Assembly (NCBI GenBank): GCA_964358085.1
Contig: CAYHNU010000001.1
Location: forward strand, 11,220 to 75,219
Origin: an uncultured Gammaproteobacteria bacterium
GTDB lineage: Bacteria; Patescibacteriota; Microgenomatia; CAZETR01; Amesbacteraceae
DNA length: 64,000 bases
Direction of reading: 5' to 3'
The position numbers and the translations under genes are program-made. Shown piece by piece: positions 1 through 8,864 of this stretch. How positions within the stretch are numbered: the stretch's first letter is position 1; every line of letters starts with the position of its first letter. Under the pieces are notes generated by a model. It ran no database searches, was not told the DNA's origin, and worked only from the letters and a program-made list of their open reading frames with translations.

Positions 1-35
1 CACTCCGATATTCAACATCCAAATTCTCACTCTAG

Positions 36-1250
36 TTGCGCTTCTGGCCTTTATTTGGTTATTATGGCGCTATTATGCCAGAGATTAAACGTCCTCTCAT
101 AGTTGCGGCCATTTTCTATTTTTTCATCGCTCCTTTTTTCTTCCACCCCGATATCAAAATTATTTACTACCTCTCCCAATTTTTATCCCAGGGGACAGTC
201 AATATCTATCAGTATATCGCCGCCAATCCGGACAAAGCCCTGCTTGGCTCCTTTGTCTATCCGCCTTTGTCCTATTTTGTCATGGGGCTAGTTTACCCCG
301 TGGTTAATTTTTTGGCTGGCTCGGGATTTACTCCTTGGCTGGGTATGGGCAACGATGCCGTGGATATTGCCGGCATTTTCCGCTATTTGTTTCTCATCAA
401 AACTCCGCTCATTCTGGCTTTGTTAGCTACCGGTTGGGCGCTATCCCGGATATCCTCCCGGCGGGTAGTGCTGTGGATCTGGTTTTTTAACCCCATCACC
501 ATTTACGTAGTCGGCTTTATGGGCCAGATAGATATTTTACCGGTCTTGCTTTCTGTTTTGGCTCTGCTCCTTGCCAAACCCAAGCCGTTTTTGGCCGCCG
601 TACTTTTGGGATTGGGCGCAGCCCTCAAAACTTATCCACTCCTGCTTTTGCCTTTCCTGGCTCTCTTGTCCACTTCCAATCTTAAGCGGTCGGCTCTGAT
701 ATTTCTAGCTGGGTTGTCACCATATATTTTATTAGTCGCTCCATTTCTTACCACTCCAGCTTTTTATTCCGACACCCTAACCTCCGGGCTTACCCAGCGG
801 GTACTGCAACTCTCACTTCCCTTGGGTTATTCGGAAAACTTGTATCTAGTTCCGATAGTCTTAACTGGATTGCTCCTGGCCGCAGGTGTTTTGCACCGCG
901 GCCAAATTCACCGCTTGTCAGCTTACTGGATGGCCGCTTCTTTACTGCCGGTGGTTCTGTCTCACTTCCATCCCCAGTGGATTTTATGGTCCATGCCCTT
1001 TATTAGTCTGTGGATTGCTTCCAAATCGGACTGGCTGTCATTATTACTTTTTTCCGCCAGTTTTCTAGCGACAGTGTTTTTGTTTGCCGATAAATTTCTC
1101 ACCTGGGGACTGATTAGCCCCTTTAATCCCCAAATTCTCTTCCTGCCCGCTTTTTCAAATCCTTTATTGCAAAGCCTCTCTCACTCCGTCTTGGTGGGAG
1201 TTGGCTTGTGGATCAGCTTATGCGCGTGTTTTTCCTCGGACCGGTCATAG
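36..1250 (+). CDS. Polytopic membrane glycosyltransferase, GT-C type (GT87/DUF2029-like mannosyltransferase candidate)
   Basis: 404-aa ORF, about 10 hydrophobic segments. 'LLAKPKPFLAAVLLGLGAALKTYPLLLLPFLA' resembles DUF2029/GT87 polyprenyl-P-mannose-dependent transferases. Start is ambiguous (TTG at 36 or ATG at 75). Confidence 0.45.
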   Translation: MRFWPLFGYYGAIMPEIKRPLIVAAIFYFFIAPFFFHPDIKIIYYLSQFLSQGTVNIYQYIAANPDKALLGSFVYPPLSYFVMGLVYPVVNFLAGSGFTPWLGMGNDAVDIAGIFRYLFLIKTPLILALLATGWALSRISSRRVVLWIWFFNPITIYVVGFMGQIDILPVLLSVLALLLAKPKPFLAAVLLGLGAALKTYPLLLLPFLALLSTSNLKRSALIFLAGLSPYILLVAPFLTTPAFYSDTLTSGLTQRVLQLSLPLGYSENLYLVPIVLTGLLLAAGVLHRGQIHRLSAYWMAASLLPVVLSHFHPQWILWSMPFISLWIASKSDWLSLLLFSASFLATVFLFADKFLTWGLISPFNPQILFLPAFSNPLLQSLSHSVLVGVGLWISLCACFSSDRS

Positions 1251-1783
1251 TTTTAGCCGCTCTCGTCTTGGCTTCCTTGGCCAGCCGCAACCGGTTGGAT
1301 ACCGAAGTCTCCGGCAGTTCTTACTTACCACTCGTTGAAACCCGCCCCATCACTTTCACCCCCATCCATTCGGGTCTAAATATCATCCTTCTTCGCATGA
1401 AGAATCCGAACCTGGCGGACACGTCCGATTTTGTTTTTACACTTAAAGACCAAGCTAACCAGACAGTCCGGGAGCTTAATTTTTCCGGCCGCAACATCGG
1501 TGATCCCAGCGACGTCCGTTTGCAGTTTACCCCCATTCTGGATTCCGCTAATCAACCCCTGACTCTGACCATCATCTCTCCATCTACCTCCGTAAAAATC
1601 GAAAACGGTTTTCGTGCTTACTACCGCACTTCCGGTCTGTCACTTAATTTGGCCCCGCTTACCCGTGATCCTGTCTTTATGGTCGTGTGGGCGTTGCTTG
1701 TATTCGGGCTGACTCGTATCCCTGCGGATCCCAAGTCTTCCCCAAAGTTGCCTCTTCCGGCAAACTGTACACGCCGCCGATAA
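1208..1783 (+). CDS. Hypothetical membrane-anchored exported protein
   Basis: 191-aa ORF with N-terminal hydrophobic anchor 'VFFLGPVIVLAALVLASLA' followed by a soluble Ser/Thr/Pro-rich domain. Its 3' end overlaps the convergent gene 1677..3065 by about 107 bp, so it could be spurious. Confidence 0.3.
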   Translation: MDQLMRVFFLGPVIVLAALVLASLASRNRLDTEVSGSSYLPLVETRPITFTPIHSGLNIILLRMKNPNLADTSDFVFTLKDQANQTVRELNFSGRNIGDPSDVRLQFTPILDSANQPLTLTIISPSTSVKIENGFRAYYRTSGLSLNLAPLTRDPVFMVVWALLVFGLTRIPADPKSSPKLPLPANCTRRR

Positions 1784-3065
1784 ACAACGTGTTTGGCAGA
1801 TTTTGGTCGTCAGGCCAATATATTTTGCGAAATTCAAACTTGCCGAAGTCATATCCTTGCCGTGGTGCTTTTTGATATTCTTCCGGCGGTATTTTGAGAT
1901 AAAACAAAGTAAAAATATACGGCTGGGCCTGCCCAGTTTCCCACACCACGTGGCCATAATTATCGAGTATCGGAGAGATAATCCGCGCCACTTCTTTAAA
2001 TCCCCACTGCCAATCGCCGTAATGGTTATACGGCATCTGCCACAAGGCAGCCAGCACAAACCATCCCAAACTGATAACCGCCCAAGGAATAATCAGCCAC
2101 TTGAGCCATGTTTTAAGTTGTACCCACCCCACCGCGATTAACATGGTATTGGCCGCCCATAACGGCAGCACCCGCACCGGGTTGAACCAGCTCTGGGTAA
2201 TGACCGCCGGCAACGGGGCCAAAGCCAGCCAGGCCACTAACACTTTGTTTTTCCGCCAGTTTTTAATTAGCCACCAAATTCCTGATCCCCAGAAAAATAT
2301 TTCCCATCCGTAATACAGGCCAAATCCATCTACTCGTTGGTTGGGTTCATTGGTGCCCCGGACAAACAAGTTAGCTGGGGAAAAATACGAGAAATATTTC
2401 TGTCCTGCTTCCCGCCAGCTCCCGCCAGCCGATGTCCATCTGGCCCATCCCCCGCTAGACATAGCTATGCCGAACAGAACGATGGCTAAAATTACCCCCA
2501 AGCTCCGCCGGCCCCAGATGAGAAATGGCCATAAATAAATCTTAGCCGAGTGATAGGCAAACACATTTATTCCCGCTATCACCAACCCCAACGTATATTT
2601 CCCTTCTAGAATAAGACACATGGTCGCCAGGATTAATGTCAGAGACAAATTGGCTTCCCATGCCCCGCGCGAGTAAAAAATAGCCCACGGTTCGACAGCC
2701 ATCATTCCCGCCGCGATTAATCCTATTCGCTTCCCCAGCAACTTGGCTGAAATTAAATACAGCAAACCGATACTGGCCACTCCGGCCATCGCCGACAGTA
2801 ATCTGGTATTTATCTCGTTTAAGCCGAATATCCCCACAATCGGAGCCGTCAGATATGCATATAGCGGGGGTTTATAGTCATCGAACGAGCGCAACGATAG
2901 CGGCCACTTTGTTCCATACTCATCCGCCCCGGTTTTCCACAATGAATAAGCGTTATACCCTAGAGCCGCCTCGTCCCAGTTCACCGACCCCGGAGATTTG
3001 TCCAGCCAAACCAGCCGCAAGACGGCTCCCACCACCAGAATGACGATTAATATTTTGCGATCCAT
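1677..3065 (-). CDS. GT39/GT83-family (PMT/ArnT-like) polyprenyl-phosphate-sugar-dependent glycosyltransferase, paralog 1
   Basis: 462 aa, multi-TM. N-terminal loop 'WDEAALGYNAYSLWKTGADEYG', then 'YSRGAWEANLSL'. C-terminal module 'QPYIFTLFYLKIPPEEYQ' is shared with the paralogs at 4310, 7362, 8854 and 10410. ATG confirmed at 3065 (reverse complement). Confidence 0.7.
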   Translation of the reverse strand: MDRKILIVILVVGAVLRLVWLDKSPGSVNWDEAALGYNAYSLWKTGADEYGTKWPLSLRSFDDYKPPLYAYLTAPIVGIFGLNEINTRLLSAMAGVASIGLLYLISAKLLGKRIGLIAAGMMAVEPWAIFYSRGAWEANLSLTLILATMCLILEGKYTLGLVIAGINVFAYHSAKIYLWPFLIWGRRSLGVILAIVLFGIAMSSGGWARWTSAGGSWREAGQKYFSYFSPANLFVRGTNEPNQRVDGFGLYYGWEIFFWGSGIWWLIKNWRKNKVLVAWLALAPLPAVITQSWFNPVRVLPLWAANTMLIAVGWVQLKTWLKWLIIPWAVISLGWFVLAALWQMPYNHYGDWQWGFKEVARIISPILDNYGHVVWETGQAQPYIFTLFYLKIPPEEYQKAPRQGYDFGKFEFRKIYWPDDQNLPNTLFIGGVYSLPEEATLGKTWDPQGYESARIQATPTRP

Positions 3066-4267
3066 AATCCTTTTCCGTAGCCGTAAACCAACTCGTCATC
3101 GGCCTCTATTTTTTTAATAATTTTATCCTCCGGTATTCCCGCCATCTCCTTTGGTAAACCGACGTAAACATTTCCCGGGACGGGAGTAAATTCTCGCACC
3201 TCGATTTTTGAGTTGGGCAATATTTTGTAAAACTTTAACATCTCCTCCATTGGCCCGAATTTGCTCGTCACTACCACCCCCGGCACTTGATCTAGGTTAT
3301 CTTTTAGCCACAAATAAGTTTGCCGGTACAAATACACATCTGAATACTGCCACTTCAATTGATTAAAGAACATTTCTCTGTAAAAAAATCCGGCTCCAAC
3401 CAAGTATAAAGCACACACCAAACGCTTGTCCAAAACTTTCACCGCTTGGGCTACCAACATCACAATCGCTGGAATAAATAGTATCCCCCCGATCGTAAAA
3501 AATTTCTTGTCCAGAAATATTCCCCCCAGCCATCCGCCGATTATCCACCACTTTGTTCCTCCGGAACCGAACTTCACTAGCCCATAGATTATCACAGGCA
3601 CTTCCCAGTAATAGATAAGAGGCAATAATCCCTTGGGGGGCAAACCGCTCATTCCCGTTATTATCCTCGCGGCCAGGGGAGCAGTCCATTGTTCAAAATC
3701 CAGTAAAGCTATGCTTCTTTGTAAAACCGTGTTTATCGCCAGTCCTGGTTTGTTGTACAAGATTTTTCGCGCTAACGCCGGCAGGATATAAGTTTTTCCA
3801 GTGGCCAGAAAATTAGTTTTTTGGATTGCGTCTACTTTTTGGCCCAAGTAACCCCAGTTTAATTTATCAAACAAATTGTCGGTAGTGATTTTTGCCAAGC
3901 TCACCCGATCGGCTGCCAGGGCCAGTATCACAAGTACAATGGCCACAGCCTTTTGCCATCTTTTAGTGGCTGTCCAGGCCCATAATCCCGCCGCCAGAGC
4001 TGTCGTCTCCCATACGTGCCACAAGCTTAAGGTATTCAACCATGGATTAGCCGCTGCAATCACCGCCGCCCAGCCCGACCTGGTCTTTTTGGCCAGCAAG
4101 ATTACAATCACCGCCTGCGCGAGCCACCCCCAAATCCTAATTTGTGTCTCGCCCCATCCCCAACTTCCAAACCCTTGGGCCAACTCCACGCTTACCCCTA
4201 ACGGCTTTCCTATCGTCAGTCCCAATCGCACCACCATCACAATTCCTGCAGTAATTCCCGGCCACAT
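3047..4267 (-). CDS. Polytopic membrane protein, divergent relative of the PMT-like paralogs (shares only the C-terminal soluble module)
   Basis: About 406 aa with a multi-TM N-terminal half. C-terminal 'VVVTSKFGPMEEMLKFYKILPN' parallels the '...QPYIFTLFY..P' C-terminal domain of the neighbouring GT39-like proteins. Lacks the N-terminal DE-loop motif. ATG at 4265-4267 (reverse complement), TTG alternative at 4270. Confidence 0.45.
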   Translation of the reverse strand: MWPGITAGIVMVVRLGLTIGKPLGVSVELAQGFGSWGWGETQIRIWGWLAQAVIVILLAKKTRSGWAAVIAAANPWLNTLSLWHVWETTALAAGLWAWTATKRWQKAVAIVLVILALAADRVSLAKITTDNLFDKLNWGYLGQKVDAIQKTNFLATGKTYILPALARKILYNKPGLAINTVLQRSIALLDFEQWTAPLAARIITGMSGLPPKGLLPLIYYWEVPVIIYGLVKFGSGGTKWWIIGGWLGGIFLDKKFFTIGGILFIPAIVMLVAQAVKVLDKRLVCALYLVGAGFFYREMFFNQLKWQYSDVYLYRQTYLWLKDNLDQVPGVVVTSKFGPMEEMLKFYKILPNSKIEVREFTPVPGNVYVGLPKEMAGIPEDKIIKKIEADDELVYGYGKGLWIAKY

Positions 4268-4270
4268 CAA

Positions 4271-4300
4271 TTGATATTAAGCTCACGGACCTCGTATAAT
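4271..4300 (+). promoter_or_regulatory. Candidate sigma70-like promoter (TTGATA - 18 bp - TATAAT) in the divergent gap, driving the long plus-strand operon
   Basis: ttgata at 4271-4276 and tataat at 4295-4300, with an 18-bp spacer. ATG of the downstream gene at 4310. Confidence 0.3.
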
Positions 4301-4309
4301 CAAGTCTAC

Positions 4310-5860
4310 ATGCGCCGTTTACTGATTCTGGCCCTGGTCATCGGATCACTCACGCGTTTACTATGGCTCACTCGTTACCCGGTTGGATTTACTCCGGATG
4401 AAGCCGCTTTTGGCTACAACGCTTATTCTCTTCTGCTCACCGGCCGTGATGAATGGGGAGTCCCGTGGTGGCAATTGTTTTTTACCAACCTCCGTTCCTT
4501 TGGGGATTACAAACTCCCCCTTTACACTTTCTTGGCTATTCCTTCCGTTAAAATTTTCGGTTTGACTGAATTTGCTGTCCGTTTGCCCAACGCGGTCTTT
4601 GGCATTCTGGCCATAGGCGCCGTTTATCTGCTGGCCAATAAACTTTTTCCCCGCTCCGGTTCCATCGCCGCCCTCCTTCTGGCCATCTCTCCCTGGCATG
4701 TCCAGCTTTCCCGGGGGGCTTTCGAAGCCAATCTGGCTACCTTTCTCTTGCCTATGGGGATTTACCTGTTTCTAGAGAACAAGACCCTCTTTTCCACCCT
4801 ATTCTTTACCGCTGCCGCCTATTCCTATCATTCAGCCAGGCTAATTTTACCCTTCATTTTGGTCTTTATCTTTGTCAACTTCCGCAACAAATTCAAACCT
4901 CTCCTGCTTATTCCCCTTATAGTTTCACTATGGGGATTAAGTTCGGCCCGGGTGGCCGACGTGAGCATTTTCAGCCCCACTGATAACTGGTTGGGAGTGG
5001 CCACCCGCCGTTTTGAGGCCCGGGCTCTGGGTCTTCCGGACCAGATTGCCCGCGTTTTTTCCAACAAGCTGGTTTATTCCCTCTCCACTTTTTCTCAAAA
5101 TTATATTTCTTACTTTTCCCCCAATTTCCTTTTTACCTCTGGAGCTGGTGAGCCCTTTTACGGCATGATGCCGGGCAGGGGAGTGCTTTACTTAATTGAA
5201 CTGCCAATTTTGGTTTTGGCTCTGCTTTACTTTATCCGCAAACCCTCCCGATCAGTTTTCCTGTTACTAATACTCATAGCCCTGGCTCCTATCCCCGCCG
5301 CTCTGGCCAAAGGTCCGGGAGCCGCCGCCAACCGCGCCGTAATTATGCTTCCCTGGTTAATCATTCTTCTTTCCACCGCCATCGTCCGCCTCCCCCGCCA
5401 GTGGCTGACTCTCGTGATCGGCGCCTATATTACCAGCTTCGTTTTCTTTGGAGAGGATTATTTATACCACTCACCCTATCTTGCCGCTCCCTCCATGTCC
5501 TACGGCTGGCGGGATTTAATGCCGCGGCTTCAGGCCTTTACTGACCGTTTCCCCGACGTGCGTTTCAGCAGATCGCTCTCCGAGCCGCACATTTTCGTGG
5601 CCTTTTACACCCGCTTTGATCCCCGGGAGTATCAAAAAGCTTCTGCTTCTTGGCCTCGCAACGTTAAGTTTCTGGACCAATTCGACGGCTACTATTTAGG
5701 CAAATACCGGTTCGGAGTTATTCATCCCGCCGATCCGGTAACCATTCCTACTTTGTACATCGGCAAACCCGAAGATTTTTCGCCGGATTTCCCCGAATAT
5801 TTCCACATTAATTACCCGTCTTCCCGTCCAGCTATCATAGTTGCTCAGAAGCTTCCATGA
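4310..5860 (+). CDS. GT39/GT83-family (PMT/ArnT-like) glycosyltransferase, paralog 2
   Basis: 'PDEAAFGYNAYSLLLTGRDEWG', 'LSRGAFEANLATFLL', C-terminal 'EPHIFVAFYTRFDPREYQ'. Multi-TM. ATG at 4310 (TTG alternative at 4271). Confidence 0.7.
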   Translation: MRRLLILALVIGSLTRLLWLTRYPVGFTPDEAAFGYNAYSLLLTGRDEWGVPWWQLFFTNLRSFGDYKLPLYTFLAIPSVKIFGLTEFAVRLPNAVFGILAIGAVYLLANKLFPRSGSIAALLLAISPWHVQLSRGAFEANLATFLLPMGIYLFLENKTLFSTLFFTAAAYSYHSARLILPFILVFIFVNFRNKFKPLLLIPLIVSLWGLSSARVADVSIFSPTDNWLGVATRRFEARALGLPDQIARVFSNKLVYSLSTFSQNYISYFSPNFLFTSGAGEPFYGMMPGRGVLYLIELPILVLALLYFIRKPSRSVFLLLILIALAPIPAALAKGPGAAANRAVIMLPWLIILLSTAIVRLPRQWLTLVIGAYITSFVFFGEDYLYHSPYLAAPSMSYGWRDLMPRLQAFTDRFPDVRFSRSLSEPHIFVAFYTRFDPREYQKASASWPRNVKFLDQFDGYYLGKYRFGVIHPADPVTIPTLYIGKPEDFSPDFPEYFHINYPSSRPAIIVAQKLP

Positions 5861-7407
5861 AAAAAATCCTCTTACTGCTTCTCATCCCCACATTTTCTTT
5901 GATGTTGCGTCCCGGTATTTTTACGATGCACGATTTCCACGTCTTCCGCCAGTTTGAATTTGGCAAATGCGTTGCCGCCAAAACTTTTCCTTGCCGCTGG
6001 GCGCCGGATGCGGGGATGGGTTACGGCGAGCCGGTATTTAATTTCTACGGTCAGTTTCCTTACTGGATTGGCCAGATATTTCACGCCTTCGGTTTACAAA
6101 CAATTGATTCTGTCAAAGCCAATTTTATTTTGACAATAATAGTTTCAGCCGTGGCCATGTTTTACTTGGGCAAAAAATACTGGGGAAATCTAGGCGGGGT
6201 AGTAGCGGCTCTTTTTTATGTTTACGCTCCTTACCGGGCAGTGGACGTCTGGGTTCGCGGTTCTCTCAACGAAGCATATGCCCTGGCCTTATTTCCTTTG
6301 ATTTTTCTCTCGTTGGATAATTTCCTTGACGATCACCAACCCCGGCATCTCTGGTGGTTAGTTTTATTTGCTTCCGCTCTACTCATAACCCACAACATAT
6401 CCGCACTCATGATTGCCCCGTTTTTGGCTATATGGGTTTTCAAAAAATCTCCCGTGCCTTTCTCTCGCCTCATCGCCGCCGGAGCTGCCGTCTTTCTTTT
6501 AAGCGCTTTTTATTTGCTGCCCGTTATTTTTGAAAGTCACCTGGTTACTTTAAACCGCACCACCACCGACTATTATTCTTACCAGCTCCATTGGACCACT
6601 CTCAAGCAGCTCTTTATCTCCCGCTTTTGGGGTTATGGCGGCTCCGTTTGGGGCCCTAACGACACCATGAGTTTCTCCGTCGGTTACCTACAGTGGATCG
6701 TGCCGGTTCTAGTAGGTATATATTTTTTAATTAGGAAATTCAGGCATTCATTAGGTCAATTAGAAATTAGGTCAATTAGAAATTTTGCAGTATTCATTTC
6801 ATCAGCCTTCTTCGCTATTTTTCTCACTCACGGCAAGTCGGAATTTATCTGGAAACTTTTCCCTCCTTTAGCTTACGTCCAGTTCCCCTGGCGTTTCCTA
6901 GCCGTGGCAACCTTCTTTCTGGCCCTCTCTTCCGGCGCCATCGCGCAAGTGTTTCCCAAAAAATTATCAATCATCTTAATCAGCTTAGTTATCTTAATTA
7001 ACTTCTCCTTCTTCCGTCCCGATATTTGGCGTAACATCACGGACCGTGAACAATTTTCAGGAGCCTTGTGGGACGAGCAACGTTCTTCGGCTCTAAATGA
7101 TTTTTGGCCCCGCACAGCTCCCCAGTTACCCCGTTTTTTCGCCCCATCCCAACCTCAGGTTCTTCTTACTACAGATACTTACCAAAAAATCCAATACCCC
7201 ATTGTTTATTTCCCCGGCTGGAAATCGGAAGTTGAACTTTTCCCCTTCGGTCCGCTGGGTTTAATTACCGCCCGAGTCCCGCTAGACACGCAAATTACCC
7301 TGAAATTTACCGATACGCCTGTCCGGATCATCGGCAACATTACTAGTCTGGTCGCTGTGCTATGTCTCATCTTAAGTGGCTATTACTTATTGTCGCGGCG
7401 GGTTTAA
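5857..7407 (+). CDS. Large polytopic membrane protein of unknown function (possible GT-C glycosyltransferase)
   Basis: 516 aa, about 12 hydrophobic segments. N-terminal 'HDFHVFRQFEFGKCVAAKTFPCRWAPDAGMGYGEPVFNFYG'. ATGA overlap with the upstream stop. Contains a perfect 16-bp x2 tandem repeat at 6751-6782. Confidence 0.45.
   Translation: MKKILLLLLIPTFSLMLRPGIFTMHDFHVFRQFEFGKCVAAKTFPCRWAPDAGMGYGEPVFNFYGQFPYWIGQIFHAFGLQTIDSVKANFILTIIVSAVAMFYLGKKYWGNLGGVVAALFYVYAPYRAVDVWVRGSLNEAYALALFPLIFLSLDNFLDDHQPRHLWWLVLFASALLITHNISALMIAPFLAIWVFKKSPVPFSRLIAAGAAVFLLSAFYLLPVIFESHLVTLNRTTTDYYSYQLHWTTLKQLFISRFWGYGGSVWGPNDTMSFSVGYLQWIVPVLVGIYFLIRKFRHSLGQLEIRSIRNFAVFISSAFFAIFLTHGKSEFIWKLFPPLAYVQFPWRFLAVATFFLALSSGAIAQVFPKKLSIILISLVILINFSFFRPDIWRNITDREQFSGALWDEQRSSALNDFWPRTAPQLPRFFAPSQPQVLLTTDTYQKIQYPIVYFPGWKSEVELFPFGPLGLITARVPLDTQITLKFTDTPVRIIGNITSLVAVLCLILSGYYLLSRRV
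6751..6782. repeat. Perfect 16-bp x2 tandem duplication ttaggtcaattagaaa inside the CDS 5857..7407 (contains the ttagaaattag core)
   Basis: Direct read. Encodes SLGQLEIRSIRNF. Confidence 0.8.
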
Positions 7408-8864
7408 CTCTAAGGCTCGCTGCCATTAATTTTTTACCGCCTAGTCTCAACTGGGACGAAGTGTCACTGGGTTACAACGCTTATTCACTTCTCAAAACGG
7501 GCCGGGATGAATGGGGGACAATCCTGCCCACCATTATTCGCGCTTATGGAGACTACAAGTTACCTATTTACGTTTATTTAGCTGTTACTTCGCCGTTCTT
7601 TATCCGTTTACCTTCAATTATTTTCGGCACTCTGCTTATCATAGTTACATATCTATTAGGTCGACGGCTGGCTTCTCCGTTCGTTGGTCTGACTTCAGCT
7701 CTGCTGATAGCCATTTCCCCCTGGACCTGGTGGATATCCCGCATCGCTCTGGAGGCCAACGTGGGAGCCCTGCTTATCGCCATAGGCATCTACTGTCTAC
7801 TTGCCCGCAAACTTAATCTGGGAATACTTTTTCTGGGTCTATCCGTTTGGGCTTATAATTCCGCCCGCGTCTTCTCTCCGCTTTTCTTGACCGGCTACTG
7901 GTTAATCAATCGTCCCAAACTAACTCCTATCCACTATTCTCTAATTTCTATTTTCTTTATTCCTATGATTTTCCAACTCTTATCCTCCTCCGGCCAGGCT
8001 CGCTTAAACTGGCTGACCATTCTTGATTCTGGGGCCATCACCCAGATAAACCAGCTGCAATCCCGTCCCGGCGGCCGACTGGTGTACAACAAAGCCACTT
8101 ATTTCCTCTATCGCTTCGGCCAAAACTATATTTCCTATCTCTCTCCCAATTTCCTGTTTCTTAAAGGCGGCAATCATTATCAATTCAGTGTCCAAAACTA
8201 TGGCTTGCTATATTTAATTTGTCTGCCATTTTTTTATATTGGGATTTGGTATTTATTTAGAAATTATAAATTAGAAAGTAGAAATTCGTTGCTGTTGTGG
8301 TTACTGCTGGCGCCGGTCGCTGGCAGCCTTACCCGCGATGCACCCCACGTCCTGCGTGCCATCCCTTTGCTTCCTCTCCCCATGATCCTCACCGCCATCG
8401 GCCTGGACCGCTTCGGCCGCAATGTTAAGGTTCTCTTCTTCGTCGTCTTACTACTATCAACTATGAACTATTTATTCGTAACTAAAAGTTATCGCAATAA
8501 CTTTTCGGATGCCTGGCAATACGGTTATTCTCAAGTAATTCAATTTATTAAACCGCTGTATTCCCAATACGATCAAATCGTTTTTACCAAGAAATATGGC
8601 GAACCGCACGAATTCGTGGCTTACTTCTGGCCCTGGGATCCCGCCGATTTTTCCCAAAATAAGTCTTGGGACTACCACGCTAATTGGTATTGGGTGAACA
8701 GTCTGGACAAGATTAAGTTCGTCAACGATTGGGAGATTAGCACCATGGCGTTTAAACCAAACACTTTAGTTATTTCCAGTCCTGAAAGTGAAATTTCCGG
8801 CCGCGAGATAAAAAGGATTAATTTTCTCAATGGCCAGCCAGCCTTTATTATTTATGAAATCTAA
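7362..8864 (+). CDS. GT39/GT83-family (PMT/ArnT-like) glycosyltransferase, paralog 3
   Basis: 'WDEVSLGYNAYSLLKTGRDEWG', 'ISRIALEANVGALLI', C-terminal 'EPHEFVAYFWPWDPADFSQ'. ATG confirmed at 7362. Confidence 0.7.
   Translation: MSHLKWLLLIVAAGLTLRLAAINFLPPSLNWDEVSLGYNAYSLLKTGRDEWGTILPTIIRAYGDYKLPIYVYLAVTSPFFIRLPSIIFGTLLIIVTYLLGRRLASPFVGLTSALLIAISPWTWWISRIALEANVGALLIAIGIYCLLARKLNLGILFLGLSVWAYNSARVFSPLFLTGYWLINRPKLTPIHYSLISIFFIPMIFQLLSSSGQARLNWLTILDSGAITQINQLQSRPGGRLVYNKATYFLYRFGQNYISYLSPNFLFLKGGNHYQFSVQNYGLLYLICLPFFYIGIWYLFRNYKLESRNSLLLWLLLAPVAGSLTRDAPHVLRAIPLLPLPMILTAIGLDRFGRNVKVLFFVVLLLSTMNYLFVTKSYRNNFSDAWQYGYSQVIQFIKPLYSQYDQIVFTKKYGEPHEFVAYFWPWDPADFSQNKSWDYHANWYWVNSLDKIKFVNDWEISTMAFKPNTLVISSPESEISGREIKRINFLNGQPAFIIYEI
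8256..8287. repeat. AT-rich degenerate repeat tttagaaattataaattagaaagtagaaatt inside PMT-like paralog 3 (encodes FRNYKLESRN)
   Basis: Contains the ttagaaa/agaaatt cores seen at 6751, 13742 and 42941. Confidence 0.55.

Noticed and set aside
1321-2141. Small ORFs (1321..1536-, 1640..2059-, 1687..1875+, 1803..2141+) and many other 60-140 aa ORFs in the six-frame track
   Set aside because: All are nested in or antisense to long ORFs with recognisable domains. There is no independent support.
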